Source of the DNA: an uncultured Methanosarcinales archaeon
Lineage (GTDB): Archaea > Nanobdellota > Nanobdellia > Woesearchaeales > JACPBV01
Assembly: GCA_964577685.1 (NCBI GenBank)
Contig: CAZNZT010000006.1
Span: forward strand, 1-39,319
DNA length: 39,319 nt
Direction: 5' to 3'
Position numbers and translations under genes: made by a program. The stretch's first letter is position 1. The number at the start of each line of letters is the position of its first letter. Below are positions 28,151 to 35,751 of the stretch, in pieces. The notes under the pieces are model-generated. The model made no database searches and was not told the origin of the DNA. It saw only the letters and a program-made list of their open reading frames with translations.

Positions 28151-28795
28151 ATGAGTGAAATCTCAAACAGAACATTAACCATATTGCTTGTCTTGGCAAT
28201 TATAGCTTCGGTAGGAGGGACAATAGTAAACATAAGCAAAATTAACAATCTAATCCTAAGAGTCCCAATAACTGGAAAGGCCTCAACAGCAGTCGGATAT
28301 GTAAATATCACAATCTCAGAAGTAGCATCCATTGCAACAATTGACAATATTATTGATTTTGGCTCTTGCAGTCCTAACGCAACATATGGAACAAATGTAA
28401 CAAGCAATATTTCTGGTGATTGGGGAGCCCCAGGAGTATGTTCCTCAATACCAGTTGGGCCACCAGACAATATAACATTGAAAAATGATGGGAATATTTT
28501 CATTAATGTAACAGTTGAATCAGATAAGACTGGTCCAGACCTGCTAAGCAGTGGTTCCGCAATATTTTGGTTAGCAGCAGATAATAATACAAATGACCCT
28601 GGATGTGTAGGTGTATTAGAAGATGATTGGTTTACTGTTAGTGCCACAGGCACAGAATACAACCTATGTGATAACCTTACAAAAACAAAAACCCTATATG
28701 TATATGCAAAATTATATATTCCAGCTGATGCACCGACAAGCAGTAGTGAGAAGTCAGCAAAGCTTACATTCCATGCAAACGATTTGACAAGTTAG
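28151..28795 (+). CDS. Exported pilin/fibre-subunit-like protein, copy 2
   Basis: Close paralog of 25161-25814 with long identical DNA blocks. GGTGA RBS at 28141-28145 places the start at ATG 28151. Confidence 0.75.
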   Translation: MSEISNRTLTILLVLAIIASVGGTIVNISKINNLILRVPITGKASTAVGYVNITISEVASIATIDNIIDFGSCSPNATYGTNVTSNISGDWGAPGVCSSIPVGPPDNITLKNDGNIFINVTVESDKTGPDLLSSGSAIFWLAADNNTNDPGCVGVLEDDWFTVSATGTEYNLCDNLTKTKTLYVYAKLYIPADAPTSSSEKSAKLTFHANDLTS

Positions 28796-28832
28796 GTTTT
28801 CATTTAGATTTTCATTTTTGATTAAGATTGAA

Positions 28833-30023
28833 ATGCAAACTACAAAAACAACCAGCAAAAGCATTCTTTTACTAACAGTATTATTAATAACCTTGCCAAA
28901 GATATACGGAATAGGGATAGGTTCATTTGAAAAATATATCAAGTTTACTCCAAATCTAAACAAAAACATTAAAATAACAATCTACAATAATGTCGGACAA
29001 CCAATAAGGGTAAAACTCACAGCAAAAGGTGACTTAGCAGAATATGTAACACTTAAAGAGGAATACATAGACATAGCTGGAGTAACCTATAAAACAGAAT
29101 TCAACATAAAACTACCTGAATCAATACCGCCTGGAAGGAACAGACTCGTAATTGAAGCAAGAGATGTAACACCTCAAGAAGGAGGCGGCTTAAGGGCGGT
29201 AACAGCCGCAAGCAAGGCATTCATTATAATAGCACCCTATCCAGGAAAATACCTTTCTGTTGATTTAGCAACAAAAAACATAGGGCTTGACGAAAAAGAA
29301 GAATTCAAACTAAAACTAAAGAGCCTAGGAAAAGAAACAATAAAAAGAGTAAACTCTGTTATAGAAATCTCCAGAAACAACAAAAAGATAGGCAAATTAT
29401 ATCTTGAACCAGTACTTAATCTTGAACCAGACGAAGAAAAAACAGTAAAGGCAGAATGGGACAGCTACGGGCATCCTGTTGGAGAATATGAAGTAAACGC
29501 CACAATAACATACGACGGGAAGGAACTAAAAAAATCAGCAAAGTTTAGAATAGGAACATTATCAATAAAGATAATAAACTACACAAGAGAAGCATATCAA
29601 GAAGAAATAAACAAAATAGAAGTAAAGGTCAAAAGTCTATGGAATGTAGAGATAAATAATGTATATGCAATAATAAAGATAGACAATGAAAACATAAAAA
29701 CGCCAGATTATAGCATAAAACCATGGCAAACAATAACCCTTAAAGCATTCTGGAATGCAAAAAAAACAGAATTAGGAGAACATGATATAACCATAACAGT
29801 ATTCTATGAAGACAAAAAAGAAGAACTAAAAGGAAAAATCAAAATAAATCCAAAAAGAAAGAAGGTAGAAGCAAAAGTTATAGAGCTGCCATCAAAAACA
29901 CCAGTAAGCACAAAGCTTCTTATAACCCTTGTAATAGCCCTGATAGTGATAAATATATCCCTAGTAGTATTTGTAATCAGAAAAAACCAACCAAAAAGGC
30001 AACTAAAAAAGAACAAAAAATAA
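28833..30023 (+). CDS. Secreted multi-Ig-like protein with C-terminal TM (paralog of 17944-19143)
   Basis: Signal peptide; GDLAEYVTL, APYPGKYL, LGKETI, YDGK; C-terminal TM plus basic tail. Start is ATG 28833 or TTG 28818. Confidence 0.8.
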   Translation: MQTTKTTSKSILLLTVLLITLPKIYGIGIGSFEKYIKFTPNLNKNIKITIYNNVGQPIRVKLTAKGDLAEYVTLKEEYIDIAGVTYKTEFNIKLPESIPPGRNRLVIEARDVTPQEGGGLRAVTAASKAFIIIAPYPGKYLSVDLATKNIGLDEKEEFKLKLKSLGKETIKRVNSVIEISRNNKKIGKLYLEPVLNLEPDEEKTVKAEWDSYGHPVGEYEVNATITYDGKELKKSAKFRIGTLSIKIINYTREAYQEEINKIEVKVKSLWNVEINNVYAIIKIDNENIKTPDYSIKPWQTITLKAFWNAKKTELGEHDITITVFYEDKKEELKGKIKINPKRKKVEAKVIELPSKTPVSTKLLITLVIALIVINISLVVFVIRKNQPKRQLKKNKK

Positions 30024-30031
30024 ACAAAAGA

Positions 30032-30589
30032 ATGAAAGCAACCAAACTTATAATGCTAGTTATAATCACAGCATTAATCTCCTACTCAATCACTACTGTT
30101 ATATATTCCCTACACCTCACAAATGGATACAAAGCAAAAATAAAAGAAAGAACTCCAGAATACAAAATAGAAATAACGGACCATACAAAGAAATTCTACA
30201 AGAATGAGATAAATAAATTTGACATTAGTATAAAAAGCCACTGGAGTATAATAATAAACAATGTTTATGCAACAATAAAAATAAACGATCAACAATTAAA
30301 AACCCAAACCTATGATATAAAACCATGGGAGGAAACAAACATAACAACATTCTGGGAGGCAAAAGACATAAGAACAGGAATCCACATAGCCAGCATTAAA
30401 TTGCATTATGGAAACAAAATGGAAAAGAGAGAGGCAATAATAAAGGTAGTAGAAAAAGAGAATAAAACCACATCAAAACTGCCAGAAACGCTCCATAGTA
30501 TTGCAATAATACTCATAGTTATAGCTATGATATTAGCACCAATAGCAATAAAAAAGAAAAACCGAAGAAAAAAGAAAAGTAAAAGGTAA
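30032..30589 (+). CDS. Single-domain paralog of the last Ig-like domain of 28833-30023, with N- and C-terminal TM
   Basis: EINKFDISIKSHWSIIINNVYATIKI...IKPWE...FW versus EINKIEVKVKSLWNVEINNVYAIIKI...IKPWQ...FW. Confidence 0.75.
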   Translation: MKATKLIMLVIITALISYSITTVIYSLHLTNGYKAKIKERTPEYKIEITDHTKKFYKNEINKFDISIKSHWSIIINNVYATIKINDQQLKTQTYDIKPWEETNITTFWEAKDIRTGIHIASIKLHYGNKMEKREAIIKVVEKENKTTSKLPETLHSIAIILIVIAMILAPIAIKKKNRRKKKSKR

Positions 30590-30592
30590 AAA

Positions 30593-31042
30593 ATGAGAAA
30601 AAAAACAGCAAAGAAAAAGAAAAAAACAGTATTGATAATAATGTTGTTGACAATAGCAACAATAATAATAGCAATCCTATTATCAGCAATTTTTTATAGC
30701 TACTATATTATTGCAGAAGTCAAGGAATTATACACTAGAGTAAAAGTAGAAAATATAATAGGGTTTGATGTTAACAGGTCTGCACTAATATTCGGAATAG
30801 TACCAAGGGGAGCTAAAGGACAAAGAAGTGTTTCATTACACAATAGAAAAGATGAGCCATTAATGGTACACATAGAGGTAAATGGGAATATATCAGACTG
30901 GATTTATGCTTCTGAAAATGACTTTACAATGGAAGCAAATGAAAAAAAAGAGATAAATTTTAGTGTCATTCCATCAAAAGATGCAGAATTCGGAACCTAT
31001 GACGGAAGAGTAAGGTTTATATTCAAGAGGCTCTTCCCGTAG
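30593..31042 (+). CDS. Membrane-anchored single Ig-like domain protein
   Basis: Basic N-terminus and TM, then LIFG, VNGNISDWI, NEKKEINF, DAEFGTYDG. Resembles the first domain of 17944. Confidence 0.7.
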   Translation: MRKKTAKKKKKTVLIIMLLTIATIIIAILLSAIFYSYYIIAEVKELYTRVKVENIIGFDVNRSALIFGIVPRGAKGQRSVSLHNRKDEPLMVHIEVNGNISDWIYASENDFTMEANEKKEINFSVIPSKDAEFGTYDGRVRFIFKRLFP

Positions 31043-31808
31043 GGGATAAAAACCCTTGTAAAGCCTCCTTAAACTTCATAACATTCCCATATCTATCATT
31101 TGGATTATATTGTGTTGCCTTTCCTATTACAGCACCTAAATTCTCTGGGAGCATTCTTAAATACCTAGCCCTATCGTCATAGTTAAACCTCCTCAGTCCG
31201 ACCTCATCCCCCCTAAGCCCCTTGATTAACATATCCAGAAGTATCATACCCATAGAGTAGATATCTGCCCTCCTATCGCAAGGTAAAGTTGAAGTCACTC
31301 TAATTTCTGGAGCAGAATACCTTTCATTTACATGGCTAGGAACGCTTCCCTCCTTCACCACTGTATCTATATCCACAAGATATACCTTCCCATCATAGCC
31401 TAAAATAAAATCACTTGGCTTAAGGTCCCCACTATATAACCCTGCTGAATGCAACTGCCCAAGTGGTTCTAATGCCTTAATAACCCATCTAACAGCATCA
31501 ACCTTGGGATCCACCATACGACCACCTTCAACAAGTTCTTCCAAGCTTTTTCCTTCTATAAAATCCGTGACCCAAACATTATAAAAAGCACCCTCAATTT
31601 CTGTTTTGCCATGAAACCTCAATCTTGGAAAATTTTCTGGATTTCCCTCATAAAAAGAAACAGCCGCCCCGCTAGGATATTTTTTAGTAAGCTTAATAGC
31701 AACCGCTTTGCCTGTTTCTGAATCGCCACCATAATGAACAACTGAATCCTCTTGTTTACAGAGATATTCTAATAAATGATACCTACCAAAAATGCACACA
31801 TTATCCAT
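31023..31808 (-). CDS. Atypical Hanks-type Ser/Thr protein kinase
   Basis: VAIK, DFIEGKSL, GDLKPSD, LVDID, YSAPE, RADIYSMG, P.DRY. Confidence 0.85.
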   Translation of the reverse strand: MDNVCIFGRYHLLEYLCKQEDSVVHYGGDSETGKAVAIKLTKKYPSGAAVSFYEGNPENFPRLRFHGKTEIEGAFYNVWVTDFIEGKSLEELVEGGRMVDPKVDAVRWVIKALEPLGQLHSAGLYSGDLKPSDFILGYDGKVYLVDIDTVVKEGSVPSHVNERYSAPEIRVTSTLPCDRRADIYSMGMILLDMLIKGLRGDEVGLRRFNYDDRARYLRMLPENLGAVIGKATQYNPNDRYGNVMKFKEALQGFLSPTGRAS

Positions 31809-31868
31809 TTTATAACTATGATATAGTAGTAAAACTAATATATAAATCTTTCGTTTTTATCGCTTTTT

Positions 31869-32861
31869 TCATGGAAGATAGTTCTCCCCAAAGTTTACTG
31901 CCCTCATCTCTCTTTCAACGCACCCTCTTTCCTTTGGGTCAGATGCATGGGCTGCAGTTTTTGTCGGGTCATACGAATCTGCAAAAGCAGGCCTCACAAC
32001 CTTGGTTAACGCTTCCCTAAGCTTTTCCTGGATATTAGAACCCTCATACAATAACGCTAATGTTCTTCCCCCGGTCATTTCTGGCACTAACTCTGGCTCG
32101 TACCATTTCTTCCGGACATGGGGTTTATAAAACATATCAAGTTGTTCCCTTGTAAATACAAGAACCTTAGCGCCTATTATTGACCCACCAGCTCTTGAAA
32201 ACGCATCAATAATGCTACCAAACCTAAAATCATAATCATAAGTATGAAAAGCATGTGGCTTTATAAGAACAACAGACCTTCCCCTTTGACTACACCTCCT
32301 TAAAACCCTATCATGGGGTCCCCCAAGATGCTTGTATTTCTCCCAAAATATCTCAATCTGCCTCTCTGCCTGTTCAACAGAAGATGGAACATAAATAGGG
32401 AAATCCACATTAGTAATCCTGCCATCCTCTGCCAACTCAAAAACCCCATATTTACCAAACAATGTAGCTCCTTCTCTCTTCCTTATGTCACCAGCAAGTC
32501 TCAAAACCCTAGAAACAGCATCATCTCCTTCAACAACAAACTGCAACACCCTTTTGAATAAATATCTGTCATCAAGATTCTTATCATCTCTAAGAAATTC
32601 AACAAATCTTCTTGTTATCCTGTCTCTATCCCCTCCAGGATACTCCAAACGACTGCCAAGGCTAAAGAAATCCTTATATGAAAGAGTTTCCGCAAAATCT
32701 CCAATTAATCCATCATCCAACCTAAAAACATCAGCAGCTATTATCTCCAACCTGCCTCTCCCCTCATCTGGGAGTTCATAAAAAGATGATAAGATACCAC
32801 CAGTTAAAGACCTAGCTAAAGCAGTCCATAGTATATTAAAAGTTGTTCTCTCTCTAGCCAT
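31869..32861 (-). CDS. Nucleoside-diphosphate-kinase-like protein with a degenerate N-terminal NDK-like repeat
   Basis: C-terminal half: VLIKPHA...GSIIDAF...IIGAK...FY...AHASD...ERE. N-terminal half: RSLTGGILS...LEII...GDDAV. Confidence 0.7.
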   Translation of the reverse strand: MARERTTFNILWTALARSLTGGILSSFYELPDEGRGRLEIIAADVFRLDDGLIGDFAETLSYKDFFSLGSRLEYPGGDRDRITRRFVEFLRDDKNLDDRYLFKRVLQFVVEGDDAVSRVLRLAGDIRKREGATLFGKYGVFELAEDGRITNVDFPIYVPSSVEQAERQIEIFWEKYKHLGGPHDRVLRRCSQRGRSVVLIKPHAFHTYDYDFRFGSIIDAFSRAGGSIIGAKVLVFTREQLDMFYKPHVRKKWYEPELVPEMTGGRTLALLYEGSNIQEKLREALTKVVRPAFADSYDPTKTAAHASDPKERGCVEREMRAVNFGENYLP

Positions 32862-32930
32862 AATGCAATAGAAAGACTAAAGCATATTTAAAACTTTCTT
32901 TTTTTATTATTAAATGATAGTAACAAAATA

Positions 32931-33791
32931 CTATCTTTTCCCAACCTTGAATATTCTACAAAAACTACAAACATCCTTGCTTGTTGGTTCCCCGCAAATG
33001 GAACACTCCCTTATCTCATCCCTATAATCAACCTCAAAAAATTTTGCCATCTTGATTATAGAATTAACCATATTATACCTAAAACTCTTTTGTTTCTTTT
33101 CTATATCATAGATTATCTCGTACCACTTCTCTCTCCCCACATCAACAGTGCAACTAAGATAATTATGTGGACAGATATCTTCTTCAATAAAAGGAATGCC
33201 AGCTGATTTACAGAAAGACCTATTCTCCTCACCACCAACCATAAACAAAGGCCTTATTTTGCACAACATCTTAGGATGCACGGAATCAAGCCTTGGTCTA
33301 AACTTAGATATCCAAGAAAAATTTTTCCCTAAAACATTTTTAAAAAAGAAAACAAGAAAATCATCCATATGGTGTCCAGTAACAACCTTGCTAGCCCCAT
33401 TCTCTCTTGGGACCTTATTCATTAAATACCTCTTCACAACACCACAAACACTACAAATTGGTCTAATTGTATTTCTCAAAGCATCTGTAAGTGATATACC
33501 ATTATCTCCTGCCTTAAACACCAGAAGCTCAACACCAGCCATATTTGCTTGTTTCCTAACAATATCCTCAACCTTGTGGGACATTGGTAAACCAAAATTT
33601 ATATGAAATCCCTTTATCTCACAATCAATAGACTTCTCATCCACATACCTCTTCAAAGAGATTAAAGAAGATGCGCTATCCTTTCCCCCGCTTAATCCGA
33701 TAAATACAACATCGCCATTTCTAACTAATTTAAATTTCTTTATAGTTGTGAATACCCTAGATAGATATTTTTCTGTGCTTAGCTTCTTCAT
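32931..33791 (-). CDS. TtuA/TtcA/NcsA-family tRNA 2-thiolation protein
   Basis: PP-loop SGGKDS, ICSVCGVVKRY, TGHHMDD, IRPL, CP, C-terminal CSICGEP....CSFC. Start taken at ATG 33791. Confidence 0.85.
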   Translation of the reverse strand: MKKLSTEKYLSRVFTTIKKFKLVRNGDVVFIGLSGGKDSASSLISLKRYVDEKSIDCEIKGFHINFGLPMSHKVEDIVRKQANMAGVELLVFKAGDNGISLTDALRNTIRPICSVCGVVKRYLMNKVPRENGASKVVTGHHMDDFLVFFFKNVLGKNFSWISKFRPRLDSVHPKMLCKIRPLFMVGGEENRSFCKSAGIPFIEEDICPHNYLSCTVDVGREKWYEIIYDIEKKQKSFRYNMVNSIIKMAKFFEVDYRDEIRECSICGEPTSKDVCSFCRIFKVGKR

Positions 33792-33935
33792 CTTCAAGAT
33801 ATAAGTAACAAACAATATTATTTAAATGTTAGACTCATAAAAATTATTAAAAAGCAGTCAAAACAGAAAATATTAAATATAAGATATAAGTAAAAAAATA
33901 AGTATATAAATAAGTATAAATAAATATAAATAAAA

Positions 33936-34127
33936 ATGCCAATGGAATTTAAAAGAAAGCTGTACAAAAGAGGCTCTTCATTTGAAACAACAATTCCAAA
34001 ACCTTTGCTTTTTGCTATAGATGATTACAAAAACTACTATGTTATTTTCCATTATGATAAAAGAAAAAGAAGGTGGTACATAAAATTCAAAAAAATAATG
34101 AAAGGTAAAAAGAAAACAAGAAAATGA
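33936..34127 (+). CDS. AbrB/SpoVT-like small DNA-binding protein
   Basis: RKLYKRGSSFETTIPK swapped-hairpin pattern. ATGA overlap with the antiporter gene. Confidence 0.65.
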   Translation: MPMEFKRKLYKRGSSFETTIPKPLLFAIDDYKNYYVIFHYDKRKRRWYIKFKKIMKGKKKTRK

Positions 34128-35077
34128 TTGAACACATTTTAAACCAAAATCCGCTTCTATTTAATGGAATAGTAATAATACTGTCTCTAGCAATAGTCTC
34201 AAAATCAGCAGACCTTCTTGTCAACAGCATATCAAACTATGCAAGAAAGATAGGCATATCAGATTATCTAATCGGTTTTCTTGTTGTGTCTATAGGAACA
34301 GCAACACCAGAGCTTATAGCTGCTATAACAGGAGCAATAATAAACCAAGGAGCAATAGTATTTGGGACAATCCTTGGCTCAAACCTATTTAAGATACCAC
34401 TACTAGGACTAGTACTCTTAATAGCCGTAAGGATAAGAACCCAACAGAACACAGGCGGAAACGCGCCAATTGTCACCTTCTTCCTTGTCATCCTTCCATT
34501 ATTCCTTGTTGTAGATGGAAACCTATCAAGGCCAGAAGGCATAGTCCTAATAATAGCATTCTTCCTGTACATAACAAAGCTATGGCAAAGTGAAGGAGAA
34601 CTAGGAAAAATAAAAAAGGATATAAGCATAAGAAAGATATGGAAAGATGCAATAATCTTCATTTTATCCTTAGCAGCATTGCTATTATCTGCAAGATGGC
34701 TTGTGCTTTCCTCTGTTGAGATATCAAAAATACTAGGAATATCTCCATTCTTTATTGGCTTAATAGTCATTGGAATAGGAGCATCAACACCAGAGCTTAC
34801 AGTCCAGGTAAAATCAATAATCAGGCATCATAAAAATATTGCATTTGGAAATGTTCTCGGCTCCTTGGTTGCCAACTCAGCCTTTGTCCTGGGTATTGTG
34901 GCAATAATAAAACCAATAACAATAAACCCAAGCATTATAATAACAACATCAATATTCATGTCAATAGGATTGCTCTATATCCTACTTATAATGGGTAAGA
35001 GATATGTCAACTGGAAACAGGGATTATTTCTAATTATGTTATATGTGCTGTTCCTACTAACAGAATCAATATTATAA
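34124..35077 (+). CDS. Na+/Ca2+ (CaCA, YrbG-like) antiporter
   Basis: Alpha-repeats IGTATPEL...GTILGSN and IGASTPEL...GNVLGS; about 10 TM segments. Confidence 0.9.
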   Translation: MIEHILNQNPLLFNGIVIILSLAIVSKSADLLVNSISNYARKIGISDYLIGFLVVSIGTATPELIAAITGAIINQGAIVFGTILGSNLFKIPLLGLVLLIAVRIRTQQNTGGNAPIVTFFLVILPLFLVVDGNLSRPEGIVLIIAFFLYITKLWQSEGELGKIKKDISIRKIWKDAIIFILSLAALLLSARWLVLSSVEISKILGISPFFIGLIVIGIGASTPELTVQVKSIIRHHKNIAFGNVLGSLVANSAFVLGIVAIIKPITINPSIIITTSIFMSIGLLYILLIMGKRYVNWKQGLFLIMLYVLFLLTESIL

Positions 35078-35124
35078 ATAAAAGCATAGTGTTAAAAATA
35101 TATTTTATGATATATATAAAAAAA

Positions 35125-35160
35125 GAAAGATTTATAAATTAGTATACAAATATGTATACT
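35125..35160 (+). promoter_or_regulatory. BRE/TATA followed by perfect palindrome AGTATACA-N4-TGTATACT
   Basis: GAAAGATTTATAAA at about 35125-35138; inverted repeat at 35141-35160. Confidence 0.55.
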
Positions 35161-35222
35161 GGAAAAAAAAGAAAAAGGAAGAAGAAAATTCCTTCTTTCA
35201 TAAATACAAAATTAAATAAAAA

Positions 35223-35639
35223 ATGGCAACCGCAACGCATGCTTATGAGGACTCTCTCTTTGAACGGCTCTTTAAAAATCTGCAACAAAACAAAGGATTC
35301 CTAGAAGCACTTATAGAAACGCTCCTAAGACAAATACCAAGAAGAAAACACAGAAACCACATACCAATACCAATAGGAAAAGAATATAATCCAGAAATAG
35401 CAAACATTCTTGATTCAAGATACGGAAGTGAGTATGGCGATGTATGGAGGAGAATAGGAGAAGATAACAACCCAAACAGACTAAGCCAAATGGTATATGA
35501 CTTAGCAAAAAGAAGGATAGGAATAAAAGAAGTTCTTGACAGAGTCATTACATATGAAAGAAGATTAGGAAGTGGGGGACAAGTAAAAATAAACGACGCA
35601 GTTACAAAAGCCTATTTAAGTTATAGGTTAAACCAATGA
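35223..35639 (+). CDS. Hypothetical protein
   Basis: 138-aa ORF with its own promoter; no recognisable motif. Confidence 0.6.
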   Translation: MATATHAYEDSLFERLFKNLQQNKGFLEALIETLLRQIPRRKHRNHIPIPIGKEYNPEIANILDSRYGSEYGDVWRRIGEDNNPNRLSQMVYDLAKRRIGIKEVLDRVITYERRLGSGGQVKINDAVTKAYLSYRLNQ

Positions 35640-35751
35640 AACCTAAATCAAGAGGATAAAGAGAAAATAAAATAACCAAAGAATTCTCGTAACAGCGTAA
35701 AACAAGACAAAGGATACCTTTAAATACTCAGAAAAATCCGAATGTTCTATT

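Noticed and set aside
28024..28158. 44-codon ORF upstream of pilin copy 2
   Set aside because: No motif, and it runs out of frame through a decayed gene remnant; more likely leader sequence.
25161..28795. Diversity-generating retroelement TR/VR pair
   Set aside because: No reverse transcriptase in the window, differences are not adenine-specific and include an indel, and both copies are full ORFs.
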